Source: Eubacteriales bacterium (GTDB lineage: Bacteria; Bacillota; Clostridia; Oscillospirales; CAG-272). Taken from it: a DNA stretch of 64,000 nucleotides. The translations under genes and the position numbers were made by a program. Position 1 is the stretch's first letter, and the number at the start of each line of letters is the position of its first letter. The stretch lies in NCBI GenBank assembly GCA_045658925.1, contig JAZOVV010000045.1, forward strand, positions 1,763 through 65,762, in the 5' to 3' direction. Shown piece by piece: positions 19,299 to 28,553 of the stretch. The notes beneath the pieces were generated by a model that was not told the origin of the DNA, searched no databases, and saw only the letters and a list, made by a program, of their open reading frames with translations.

Positions 19299-21557
19299 TT
19301 ATTTTACAAAAAAGGTAATGGGTTCGCGGACATACTTGATATTGAGCGTGTTTTTGTAATCGGCGATGAAGCGAAGCAGCATTTCATCGGTGATAAAAAC
19401 CGCTTTATGGACTTTCCACGAGTGCTCGATAACGGTGCTTTCGGAGTTGGAAAAGCCCGTTTCTCCCAAAATGACGTAGTCGGCGGCATTCATCATATCG
19501 TGCATTTGATTGACAAGTAATGACTCGGGGAGTGAGCCGTTGACGTAGGTAAAGACTTCCCCACCAACCTCGGCACTGAACAGGAGCGCATCGTGCCGCT
19601 CGTTCGGCATGGTTTGGTGTTCGCTTGTGAGAATTTTCAAATCGTCAATCGCAAGATTCTCTGTGCCGAAAACAACGGCAATTCCGTGCCTTTCTGCCTC
19701 TTTGATAAGTTGATTGGCAATCGATTGCTCTTCTTGACTGTTGGGATGCGGCAAATGTAAGGTTTTGACACGTATACGCTTTGCCATTGAATAGATAAAA
19801 TAAGTATCGCGATTGTGATAATGTGTTAAGATTAGGTCGTCGAGCTCGGTGCAGCGCAAATCGTTTGCAATGCCCAAAAGTTGTACACCGCCGCCTGCCG
19901 TACCGTCGGAAAAATCGACCATCACGCTCTTATCCTTGTTGGTGAACAGAATCAAATCTCCACCGCCTGCGTGAACGAATGAGAAAGAGGTTCCGCGGTT
20001 TGGTAGATACGTGACGCAAAGAGATGTCAAAATTGTGATAAAAGTCAAAGCAAGCGGCACCAAGCACCACCGTTTTACCCTTTTGAGCTTTGCCACCGCA
20101 ACAAAAACAAGGCTGAGCAACACTGCAAGCGCGCAAAGTTGTGAGAACGTATCGTTCAAGGGCATTAGGATTCCTTCGATATTTGAAAACCATTCGGTAA
20201 CGGTGAGCATAATATTCCCCACAAAGGCGGTAACGATGCCGATTTGCGGAATGATAAGCGTGATAACAGACAGAACAAGCAATAGCGTTGTGGGAATAGA
20301 CAGTGCCAGCGTTGCAGGCACAGAGCCGAGAGAGACCTCGCCAAAGAACACCGCTTGCAGATATAAGAGCGCGAGATTTGCCGCAAGACCGACAACAACG
20401 GCAGTAATTGCTCCGCAAATCACCTTTATCAGCTTTGGTGAAATTGTCAGCTTGTTATAGAGGAAATTTTGCACAACGTCAAACGCAGGCAAGAAAATCA
20501 AAATGGATGCCGCAGCAACAAAGGATAGCCACATTCCCATATCGAGAACGGCATTGGGAGAAACGAGGAGCAATAGCGCGAGAACGGTGCAGACAGAGGT
20601 CAATGGGTCGTAATCGGTATTCCAATAGTAGCCGAGTGTGAGAACTCCCAACATCAGTACGGCACGTGCGATGGAGGGTGACGCACCCGTAAAGAAAAGA
20701 TATCCAAACGCAATGACAAACACAGAAATTGCGCGAATACGCTTGGGACAGGAAATGAGCTTTAAGAAAAGCTCCAATGCAGCAATGAGTATGGATACGT
20801 GCAAGCCGCTGAGTGCCAACAGATGCGAAACGCCCGCACGGCGGAAATGCAGTGAGGTATCCCCCGAGAGGTGGTCGCGCGTTCCAAAGAGGAGTGCCGA
20901 GGCAAGCTTGCCTGCTTCCCCACCGATAATTTGTTCCAGATGATAGGAAGCTGCAAAGTTCCAACGCGAAAGCGTTGCGCGCAAGGAAAACTTGCCGCTC
21001 TCCAACAATTCGCATTTCTCCATATCCTCATTTGTGATGCAAAGAAGAATTCCGTCTCGAAGGGAATTGATTTCTTCATTCTCCATATATTGGGTTTCAA
21101 AAGGCGCGCCTGTGCCCGAAAGGCGGAAACGGTCACCCACCTGCAAGGAGCTCGCATATGGGAATTGCAAACGCACGTCGGCGAGGCAAGGCTTGCCGTT
21201 GATTTTGTGAACCTCGGCTATGAGCGTGCTTTGGTAGGGCTTGCCCGTTTCGCGTTCGAGCACAACGCCTTCCACAATACATTCTTCCCCTATGCGCGCC
21301 TGCCAATTTTGATAGCGCACGTTGAAGAAAAAGTATGAAGAAACGAGCGCGAGAATAACAGCCAAAAGAATGAAAACACCGAGAAAAAGATTTTTCTTCT
21401 TGGTTTTAAAAAACAGAAAAGTTAGGACAAGAAGGGATAAAACAGAGGCTATAATGCATATAATTTGAACTGATGCGGACATCGTTTGTGCCAAAACTGC
21501 CACCGCGGCAAAGGTGCAACAAGACAATGCAAGCGGTCTATTATGAAAAATATGCAC
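19299..21557 (-). CDS. comEC: ComEC/Rec2 DNA-uptake channel
   Basis: GVSHLLALSGLH, ASPSIARA, multiple TMs, C-terminal MBL-like region. Confidence 0.9.
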   Translation of the reverse strand: MHIFHNRPLALSCCTFAAVAVLAQTMSASVQIICIIASVLSLLVLTFLFFKTKKKNLFLGVFILLAVILALVSSYFFFNVRYQNWQARIGEECIVEGVVLERETGKPYQSTLIAEVHKINGKPCLADVRLQFPYASSLQVGDRFRLSGTGAPFETQYMENEEINSLRDGILLCITNEDMEKCELLESGKFSLRATLSRWNFAASYHLEQIIGGEAGKLASALLFGTRDHLSGDTSLHFRRAGVSHLLALSGLHVSILIAALELFLKLISCPKRIRAISVFVIAFGYLFFTGASPSIARAVLMLGVLTLGYYWNTDYDPLTSVCTVLALLLLVSPNAVLDMGMWLSFVAAASILIFLPAFDVVQNFLYNKLTISPKLIKVICGAITAVVVGLAANLALLYLQAVFFGEVSLGSVPATLALSIPTTLLLVLSVITLIIPQIGIVTAFVGNIMLTVTEWFSNIEGILMPLNDTFSQLCALAVLLSLVFVAVAKLKRVKRWCLVPLALTFITILTSLCVTYLPNRGTSFSFVHAGGGDLILFTNKDKSVMVDFSDGTAGGGVQLLGIANDLRCTELDDLILTHYHNRDTYFIYSMAKRIRVKTLHLPHPNSQEEQSIANQLIKEAERHGIAVVFGTENLAIDDLKILTSEHQTMPNERHDALLFSAEVGGEVFTYVNGSLPESLLVNQMHDMMNAADYVILGETGFSNSESTVIEHSWKVHKAVFITDEMLLRFIADYKNTLNIKYVREPITFFVK

Positions 21558-21637
21558 AAAAACACCTCCTTTTATCTAAAATTATGTAAAAAACAGTCGA
21601 AAATGCCATACTTTTGCCGAAAAACGGAAAATAATTC

Positions 21638-21666
21638 TTGACAAAATCAACTTTTTATTGTATAAT
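21638..21666 (+). promoter_or_regulatory. Sigma-A promoter of acpP
   Basis: Perfect TTGACA-17-TATAAT. Confidence 0.85.
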
Positions 21667-21731
21667 GTACAAGGCGGCGCGAAGGCGCCTATTTCACCCC
21701 AAAAAGAAAATTTGTTGGAGGACATAAAACT

Positions 21732-21965
21732 ATGTTTGAAACTCTGAAGAACCTGCTCGTAGAAGAGCTGCAACTCAACCCTGATGAAATCACTCTTGAG
21801 TCCGACCTCGCAAATGACCTTGGTGTCAACTCTATCGAGCTTGCTGATATGATTATGATTTGCGAAGATAAATTCGGTGTTGAAATTAAAGACGAGGACA
21901 TCTTCAAATTCGTAAACGTTGGCGACGTTGTAAAGTTCTTGGAAGAAAACGCAACCGAGCAATAA
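21732..21965 (+). CDS. acpP: Acyl carrier protein
   Basis: 77 aa, acidic, DLGVNSIEL phosphopantetheine Ser motif, RBS GGAGG. Confidence 0.9.
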   Translation: MFETLKNLLVEELQLNPDEITLESDLANDLGVNSIELADMIMICEDKFGVEIKDEDIFKFVNVGDVVKFLEENATEQ

Positions 21966-22036
21966 TTGAACATTGCATATAAATGCGACCCGGTAATCCC
22001 GAGGTCGCTTTTATATTGCATATCAATATCCTCTTC

Positions 22037-22065
22037 ATTATATACCCGCTGTCGAAAAATGTCAA
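22037..22065 (-). promoter_or_regulatory. Consensus sigma-A promoter on the minus strand, pointing into acpP
   Basis: Minus strand reads TTGACA-17-TATAAT (+ strand attata 22037-42, tgtcaa 22060-65). Confidence 0.7.
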
Positions 22066-22162
22066 TATACGCGAGAAAATCTGCCAAAATATTTGGTTTT
22101 CGGTTGCATTTTTTTATTTTCTTTGATATAATAAAGGTAATCCATCAAAAAAGGAGAACTTT

Positions 22163-22639
22163 ATGAAAAAACACTTATCAGCAATCGGCTTAAATCTGCT
22201 CAAGGTTTGGGGCGCTGCTTGGGTTGGTTTTTTGATCGGATCCATCCCGTTGTATATCATTCGCGGCAATCTTGTTCCGAGAAATATCGAAAACATACTT
22301 TTTGGAATCATTGGCGGCGTTGGAGCAATGATAACACTTTTCTTCTTTTTCAAATGGGAAGGAAGAAAAAGAGAGTTTCGCGTGGAAACACCCAAGGAAA
22401 TTTTCTTGTGCTCTGTTGCACCTACTATTCTGTGGGCATTGATTGGATCTCTTTTCAAACCCAATCCTTTTCTTATACTAACAACAGTTACAGCCTTCTG
22501 CAATGGTGTAATGGGCGTTGAAAGCGTAGTTGAGTATACTTTCTTTCAACCGTTTCCCTTTGCTCTACTCTTTGCAGTTTTTTATTCTGCCGCTATTTTT
22601 GGCGGTTATATGTACGGTCGTAAATTCAGCGACCTTTGA
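22163..22639 (+). CDS. Hypothetical membrane protein (about 4 TM)
   Basis: RBS AAGGAG, hydrophobic segments, upstream TTGCAT-17-TATAAT at 22104-22132. Confidence 0.7.
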   Translation: MKKHLSAIGLNLLKVWGAAWVGFLIGSIPLYIIRGNLVPRNIENILFGIIGGVGAMITLFFFFKWEGRKREFRVETPKEIFLCSVAPTILWALIGSLFKPNPFLILTTVTAFCNGVMGVESVVEYTFFQPFPFALLFAVFYSAAIFGGYMYGRKFSDL

Positions 22640-22676
22640 TACAAACAATTATTACCGAACATAAGGAAACAAAACT

Positions 22677-23324
22677 ATGAGAATGAGAAGAAAAAAGCAC
22701 GGTGCCGAGAGAATCGCCGCGTGCTCCGAAATTTTAATCCCCTCTCCCATCGCGCCTGCGGCAGATCCGCAGTCCTTTTTTGCGGACAAGCGCCCCGTTT
22801 GCCTTGAAATTGGTTGCGGCAAAGGTGATTTTGCCGTTGGTATGTCGGCAAAATATCAAGACCTCAACTTTATAGCTATGGAGCGCGTTCCCGACGTGGC
22901 TTGTCTTGCTTTGGAAAAGGCAATGGCGGCAAAGGATTCTCGCCCCGACAATTTGAGATTTTTGATTGGTGATGCGCGAAACCTCACCGAGTTTTTCCTG
23001 CCTCACTCCTTTGATAGAATTTATCTCAATTTTAGTGATCCGTGGCCTAAAAAAGGGTACGCGAAGCGTCGTTTGACACATCGCGGATTCCTTGAGCTTT
23101 ATCGCTCTTTGCTCACTGAGCACGGTCTTTTGATCCTTAAAACCGACAACGAAGGACTCTTTGATTTCAGTTTGGAAGAATTTGAAGCAATGGGTCTCAC
23201 CATCGAGTGGCAAACACGCGACCTGCACGCGTCCGAGGCTGCTGCCGAGAACGTTATGACCGAATATGAGCGTCATTTCTCGGAGCTTGGTCAGGTTATT
23301 TATTCGGCTCGCGTTCGTTTTTGA
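22677..23324 (+). CDS. trmB: tRNA (guanine-N7)-methyltransferase
   Basis: LEIGCGKG, LNFSDPWPKK, KTDN, MTEYE. Confidence 0.96.
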   Translation: MRMRRKKHGAERIAACSEILIPSPIAPAADPQSFFADKRPVCLEIGCGKGDFAVGMSAKYQDLNFIAMERVPDVACLALEKAMAAKDSRPDNLRFLIGDARNLTEFFLPHSFDRIYLNFSDPWPKKGYAKRRLTHRGFLELYRSLLTEHGLLILKTDNEGLFDFSLEEFEAMGLTIEWQTRDLHASEAAAENVMTEYERHFSELGQVIYSARVRF

Positions 23325-23333
23325 GGAAAAATT

Positions 23334-23912
23334 ATGTTAAAAGATTTGTTATTATCTTCTCGCAGCTATCGCAGCTTTGATGAACGTGTAAAAATCAGTA
23401 ACGAAATGCTTGCCGATTGGGTGGACTGCGTGCGCTATGCGCCATCCTCTATCAATTTGCAAATGCTCAAGTTTTTTGCCGTAACCGATGCGGCTCTTTG
23501 TGCGCGTCTGCTTGGCGGTACGCGTTGGGCGGGCAAAATCAAAGACCAAAAGCTTCCGCCCGACGGTCACGCACCCGTTGCGTATATCGTCATTTGCGCG
23601 GACAAGAACGTTGTTCCCACAGCCGAAAACTTTGACAAAGACGTTGGCATTTGCGCCCAAACCATTATGCTCGCCGCGTGTGAAAGCGGCTTTGGCGGTT
23701 GTATGCTTGGCTCGTTCTCTCCCGATGTGGTAAGAGAGACTTTGGAGCTTGGTGAAAATCTTATCCCAAGGCTTGTTTTGGCTCTCGGCAAACCCGATGA
23801 GCGCGTGGAATTGGTTGACGAAGCCGAGGACGGCAGTGTAACCTACTATCGCGAGGGCGGTATTCATTACGTGCAGAAACGAAAACTCGAAAACATTTTG
23901 ATTCAAAAATAA
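23334..23912 (+). CDS. Nitroreductase family protein
   Basis: RSYRSF, APSSINLQ, DVGI..Q, GFGGC, ALG motifs. Confidence 0.88.
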   Translation: MLKDLLLSSRSYRSFDERVKISNEMLADWVDCVRYAPSSINLQMLKFFAVTDAALCARLLGGTRWAGKIKDQKLPPDGHAPVAYIVICADKNVVPTAENFDKDVGICAQTIMLAACESGFGGCMLGSFSPDVVRETLELGENLIPRLVLALGKPDERVELVDEAEDGSVTYYREGGIHYVQKRKLENILIQK

Positions 23913-23927
23913 GGAAAGGAATTGGCT

Positions 23928-24836
23928 ATGGTACTGGAACCCAACGGCGTGCTCATTGTAAACAAGCACGCGGGCGTAACCTCTCACCACATTGTGGGTG
24001 TGGTTCGCCGTCTTTATCATACACGCCGTGTGGGACACGCAGGCACACTTGACCCGATGGCAACGGGTGTGCTCGTGGTGCTTATCGGTCGCGCGGCAAA
24101 GGCCTCGGAGTATCTTTCGCACGATGCCAAGCATTACCGTGCCACTCTGCGACTCGGTCTTACCACCGATACAGAGGATACCACGGGTACAATTCTTACA
24201 ACTTCGGAGAATATTCCTACAAATGAAGAATTACAAGCAATTCTTCCCCGCTTTCGCGGTGAAATTTTGCAAATTCCGCCGATGTATAGCGCACTCAAGG
24301 TAGATGGGCAAAAGCTTGTTGACCTTGCTCGACGCGGTGAAGTCATTGAGCGCAAGGCACGCAAAATCACAATTTTTTCCCTTGAAGCGACTCCTACCGA
24401 CGATGCCTGCGAGTATATTCTTGACGTACATTGCTCGGGCGGCACTTACATTCGCACACTTTGCGCCGACATTGGTGCTGCACTTGGTTGTGGCGGTGCT
24501 ATGGCGGCTCTTGAGCGCGGTGAAGCCTGCGGATTTGACCTTTCCCTTGCACACACCGTGGAAGAATTGGAAGAGATGAGCGACGAAGAACGCGAAAACT
24601 TGCTCATTCCCACCGAAAGACTCTTTTCAAATTTACCACAGATTCGTCTTTCGGCATTCTTTGAAAAGCTCTCGCGCAGCGGATGCGAAATTTATCTCAA
24701 AAAAATAGGACTTGACTTCCCTCTTGGCACACGCGTAGCTCTCTGTGATGCAAACGGTAACTTCTTCGCTCTTGGCGAGGTTGGTGAGTTCAAAGACGGT
24801 ATTGCCGTAAAAGCGATTAAATTGTTTGCCTTATAA
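23928..24836 (+). CDS. truB: tRNA pseudouridine(55) synthase
   Basis: GHAGTLDPMATG, QIPPMYSALK, CSGGTYIRTL. Confidence 0.96.
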   Translation: MVLEPNGVLIVNKHAGVTSHHIVGVVRRLYHTRRVGHAGTLDPMATGVLVVLIGRAAKASEYLSHDAKHYRATLRLGLTTDTEDTTGTILTTSENIPTNEELQAILPRFRGEILQIPPMYSALKVDGQKLVDLARRGEVIERKARKITIFSLEATPTDDACEYILDVHCSGGTYIRTLCADIGAALGCGGAMAALERGEACGFDLSLAHTVEELEEMSDEERENLLIPTERLFSNLPQIRLSAFFEKLSRSGCEIYLKKIGLDFPLGTRVALCDANGNFFALGEVGEFKDGIAVKAIKLFAL

Positions 24837-24837
24837 T

Positions 24838-24883
24838 AATAAGAAAGACTTTCTTTCAAACACGAAAGGAAGTCTTTCTTATT
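24838..24883 (+). terminator. Hairpin/terminator after truB
   Basis: Inverted repeat aataagaaagact/agtctttcttatt. Confidence 0.6.
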
Positions 24884-24916
24884 CAAGAAAATTTGCATAT
24901 TTTTTCAAAAAAAGAC

Positions 24917-24944
24917 TTGACAAGCGCGAAAAAAGTGGTATAAT
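24917..24944 (+). promoter_or_regulatory. Sigma-A promoter of the T-box leader
   Basis: TTGACA-16-TATAAT with extended -10 TG. Confidence 0.8.
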
Positions 24945-24957
24945 AGGTGCACAATAC

Positions 24958-25227
24958 AAAAAGGCAATGACCGGAAATCAAGTACAAAACGTCTTTTGTG
25001 CACAGAGAGCTGCCGTTTGGTGCGAGGCAGTAACAGGGCCGTTTTGGAAATACACTCCGCGAGCTTTGCATCGAAAGTCACTCGGCGAGTAAGATGTAAC
25101 GGGTTGCTCCGTTATAGGCATAGGGTATGATGGTACCCGATGAGGTCTGATTTGTGAGAATCAGGCGAACAGAGGTGGTAACACGAAAGTTTTTCGTCCT
25201 CCGAGCACAGTCTCGGAGGGCTTTTTT
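24958..25227 (+). ncRNA. T-box riboswitch, Tyr (UAC) specifier
   Basis: Stem I with AGUA, AGAGA, GGUGCGA and GAAA-UAC-A (25051-53). T-box AACAGAGGUGGUAACACG (25168-85). Terminator tcctccgag/ctcggaggg plus U tract. Confidence 0.9.
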
Positions 25228-25261
25228 GTTTGCTCTACCCCATCAGAAGGAGGATTGAAAA

Positions 25262-26851
25262 ATGGACACTATTATCATCACAGCTTTATTGGTCGTATTC
25301 TTTGCGATTATGATCGGCATTGGCATTTATTGCCGTAAACATTCCACGGATGTGGGCGGATTTGTGCTTGGCGGCCGCTCGATTGGCCCTTGGCTCACCG
25401 CGTTTGCGTTTGGTACATCCTACTTTTCTGCCGTCATCTTTGTGGGATATGCGGGACAGTTTGGTTGGAACTTTGGTTTGGCTTCCACTTGGATCGGTCT
25501 TGGCAACGCCTTTATCGGGTCTCTTCTCGCTTGGGTTGTGCTTGGTCGTCGCACACGCGTTATGACACAGCATCTGGGGTCAAAAACAATGCCCGACTTC
25601 TTTGGCAACCGTTTTGGCTCGAATAGACTCAAAATTGCGGCCTCTTGTATTACCTTTGTTTTCCTTATTCCCTACACCGCATCTCTCTACAACGGACTTT
25701 CCCGCCTCTTCTCGATGGCGTATGAGGGCATTGACTACGCCGTTTGCGTAATTGTTATGGCCGCGCTGACAGGTGTTTACGTTCTTCTTGGCGGCTACGT
25801 TGCAACCGCCATCAACGACTTTATTCAAGGAATCATTATGCTTGGCGGTATTGTTGCCGTTATTTGGGCTGTTTTGCGCGACAACGGCGGCCTTGGTTCG
25901 GCTATCGAACAACTCGCCACCGGCGAGAATGGCGGTTGGGAGTATGCTTCTTTCTTTGGTGCTGACCCTGTATTCCTGCTCTTTGTCGTGCTTTTGACCT
26001 CTCTTGGCACTTGGGGACTGCCGCAGATGGTTGGTAAGTTCTACGCAATCAAGGACGAGGATGCCATTAAGAAAGGCACGGTTATCTCGACTGTGTTTGC
26101 TATGGTCGTGGCGGGCGGATGCTATTTCCTTGGCGGCTTTGGACGTCTGTACGACGTAAGCGATGCCGTTGCAATGGGTGACTATGACGCGATCATTCCC
26201 ACAATGCTCTCCACACTCCCCACAGTCATTATTGCGATTGTAATTGTTTTGGTTTTGTCTGCATCGATGTCGACGCTCTCCTCTCTGGTGCTGACGAGCA
26301 GCTCTACGGTAACACTCGATTTTATCGCGCCTCTTTGCGAGAGGAAAAAGCCCTTGAATGAAAAGAAGCAGATGCTCTGCATCCGCGCATTTATTGTGGT
26401 ATTCATCGTCATTTCGGCAGTCATCGCCATTATGCAGTACCAAAACAAGAATATGCTCATTGCACAGATGATGGGTGTATCGTGGGGTGCACTTGCAGGT
26501 GCATTCCTCGCTCCTTTCCTCTACGGTCTGTACTGGAAAAAGACCACGAGAGCGGGCGTTGTGGCATCCTTTGTGTTTGGCGTTGGTCTTGAGATCGTTC
26601 AGTTGCTCATTTCGATGAAGGTATTCAGCGTGGCGAACATTCCTGTGCTTTCCTTCGTATTCAGCAATTCCCTCTTCTCGGGCGTGTTTGCTATGATTGG
26701 TGGATTGATTCTTGTTCCCATTGTTAGTCTCTTGACACAAAAGACCGCTCCCACAAACACCGCCGAGATCTTCTCTTGCTACGAGCGCAAGGCTCTTGTT
26801 ACGGTGACGGATTCTTTGGGAGAGGAAAGGAGGATTGTTGAAAATATATGA
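25262..26851 (+). CDS. Sodium:solute symporter (SSS/PutP family), probable amino-acid transporter
   Basis: Many TMs, GGRSIGPW, SAVIFVGYAG, WGLPQM, SASMST. T-box leader upstream. Confidence 0.9.
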   Translation: MDTIIITALLVVFFAIMIGIGIYCRKHSTDVGGFVLGGRSIGPWLTAFAFGTSYFSAVIFVGYAGQFGWNFGLASTWIGLGNAFIGSLLAWVVLGRRTRVMTQHLGSKTMPDFFGNRFGSNRLKIAASCITFVFLIPYTASLYNGLSRLFSMAYEGIDYAVCVIVMAALTGVYVLLGGYVATAINDFIQGIIMLGGIVAVIWAVLRDNGGLGSAIEQLATGENGGWEYASFFGADPVFLLFVVLLTSLGTWGLPQMVGKFYAIKDEDAIKKGTVISTVFAMVVAGGCYFLGGFGRLYDVSDAVAMGDYDAIIPTMLSTLPTVIIAIVIVLVLSASMSTLSSLVLTSSSTVTLDFIAPLCERKKPLNEKKQMLCIRAFIVVFIVISAVIAIMQYQNKNMLIAQMMGVSWGALAGAFLAPFLYGLYWKKTTRAGVVASFVFGVGLEIVQLLISMKVFSVANIPVLSFVFSNSLFSGVFAMIGGLILVPIVSLLTQKTAPTNTAEIFSCYERKALVTVTDSLGEERRIVENI

Positions 26852-27318
26852 AAATTATCAAAATAGATGAAAGCTATGTAACTGATGTAAAGAACATACT
26901 CTATGAAGCTTACTTGCCGTTGTTAGAAAAATATCACGACGAAGAGAAAAATCCTGCAAATAAAACAACAGACGTTATTCTGTTTGATTTAAAGAGGGAA
27001 AATTCTGATGCGTATTTATTGATACTTGACACAAATCCGATTGGATATGTTCGTGTTGGACAACGAGCAAAAGGAGAATTTAGCATAGCAGATTTAGCAA
27101 TTCTTCCCACCCATCAAGGCAATGGATATGCTCAACTCTTCTTGAAAGAGATTGAAAAAATCTATGATATGGCAGAAAAATGGAGCCTTGTAACAATTAA
27201 AGAAGAAGAAAAGAATTGCCATTTATATGAAAAATTAGGATATGTTCAAAAAAACGTATTGGAAGAAGTAAATGAAAATATGCATTTTGTTCTATACGTT
27301 AAACAAATTCTAATTTAG
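26848..27318 (+). CDS. GNAT-family N-acetyltransferase (AT-rich gene)
   Basis: Motif A HQGNGYA and YEKLGY. ATGA overlap with the symporter. Confidence 0.85.
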   Translation: MKIIKIDESYVTDVKNILYEAYLPLLEKYHDEEKNPANKTTDVILFDLKRENSDAYLLILDTNPIGYVRVGQRAKGEFSIADLAILPTHQGNGYAQLFLKEIEKIYDMAEKWSLVTIKEEEKNCHLYEKLGYVQKNVLEEVNENMHFVLYVKQILI

Positions 27319-27339
27319 CGACATACAAAATATAAAAAT

Positions 27340-27367
27340 GGGCTGTCTCCATACGTGAGACAGCCCC
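27340..27367. terminator. Bidirectional terminator
   Basis: gggctgtctc/gagacagccc stem between convergent GNAT genes. Confidence 0.7.
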
Positions 27368-27378
27368 TACCTGTTTAT

Positions 27379-27966
27379 TTATTTTTTCCTCTTTTTCGCT
27401 CTCCACTCGGATGCGAGGATAGCGCAAACGCCGACGTTTGCGTAGCTGCCCTTGATGAGCATTGCCTCGCGTTGAATGCCCTCAAAGGTCATCCCCACCT
27501 TTTCCATGACGCGGCGCGAGGAATCGTTCCCTTCCATAAAACGTGCTTCGATGCGATTTAGTCCAAGATTTTCAAAACCAAATTCGATTACCTTTTCGAG
27601 GGCTTCGACGGCAATACCGCGTCCCCAATATTCGGGGTTGAGGACGTATCCGACCTCGGCACAGTCGTTGGCGCAGTGAAAGGCGGTAAAGCCGCAGGTG
27701 CCAATCATTTTGCAGTCGGGCTCGTAGACCACTGCCCAATCGTAAAACATTCCCGCAGAGTAGCGGTTGCCGAGGTATTCGAGGTACTCGCGAGTAAAAT
27801 CGCGGTCGGGGTGCGGATTCCAAGTAAGAAACTTGGTCACGTCGGGGCGAGAGGCATATTCGTACATATCGGAAGCATCTGCCACAATCATTTTGCGAAG
27901 CGTGAGACGCTCGGTAGCAAGCTCGGGCAGATGCGAGAAAACACGGTAGATTTTTTCTTTTTTCAT
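27379..27966 (-). CDS. RimJ/RimL-family GNAT acetyltransferase
   Basis: LATERLTLR, AEVGY, YWGRGIA, NDSSRRVMEKVGM. Confidence 0.9.
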   Translation of the reverse strand: MKKEKIYRVFSHLPELATERLTLRKMIVADASDMYEYASRPDVTKFLTWNPHPDRDFTREYLEYLGNRYSAGMFYDWAVVYEPDCKMIGTCGFTAFHCANDCAEVGYVLNPEYWGRGIAVEALEKVIEFGFENLGLNRIEARFMEGNDSSRRVMEKVGMTFEGIQREAMLIKGSYANVGVCAILASEWRAKKRKK

Positions 27967-28142
27967 GTCTTTACAGTCCTTCTTTTTTCTACCTTTCATT
28001 ATACCGAAAATCGGTCAAAAAAGCAAGCGTTTTTGTAAAAATTTTCTTTTATTATTTTTCTTTATCCCCTTTTATTTTGTAATAATGTGTGTTATAATAT
28101 ACTATATATAGTATTTTTTAGCCTTGAGAGGGGGGACGAGCA

Positions 28143-28550
28143 ATGGAATACATTATGAACGATGTGTTGTCGGGTGCTATCGTTCCCGTTTTGCTTGGTT
28201 TGACGACCGAGGCAAGTGAAACTGCGCACCGCATGTACCGCCGCCACGGCGTGATGTCACACGTGTTTTGCGATAGAATCCCCTTCGCTATGCGCCTCTC
28301 GCTTTGTATGAAATTCCATCGCATTCCCGCCACAACGGGAGACAAATTGATGCTGCAAGCACTCACCGATTTTGCCGATCAGCTTGGCAATGCCGACCTC
28401 ATTCTCTACCTCATTCCCTGCAACGAGCATTACACAAATCTTGTGTGGAATCACGCAGAAGAGTTGGAGCGTCGCTTTGTGATTGCCGACCGCGCAGAAA
28501 TGGAGCGCGTTTGGTTTGGTGCGGAAGCCGCACCGCTAAAGGAGGTGTGA
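28143..28550 (+). CDS. Hypothetical protein resembling the N-terminal domain of D-aspartate ligase (no ATP-grasp domain)
   Basis: PVLLG...GVxSHVF...L.DFA...LIPC.E.Y...EEL...F pattern recalled from carboxylate-amine ligase N-termini. Directly upstream of a racemase. Confidence 0.5.
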   Translation: MEYIMNDVLSGAIVPVLLGLTTEASETAHRMYRRHGVMSHVFCDRIPFAMRLSLCMKFHRIPATTGDKLMLQALTDFADQLGNADLILYLIPCNEHYTNLVWNHAEELERRFVIADRAEMERVWFGAEAAPLKEV

Positions 28551-28553
28551 GCG

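Noticed and set aside
21732-21965. ACP with NS instead of DS at the phosphopantetheine site
   Set aside because: The Ser is retained and this variant is, to my knowledge, common in Clostridia.
25580-26740. 386-aa minus-strand ORF opposite the symporter
   Set aside because: Mirror of a hydrophobic membrane gene; no independent support.
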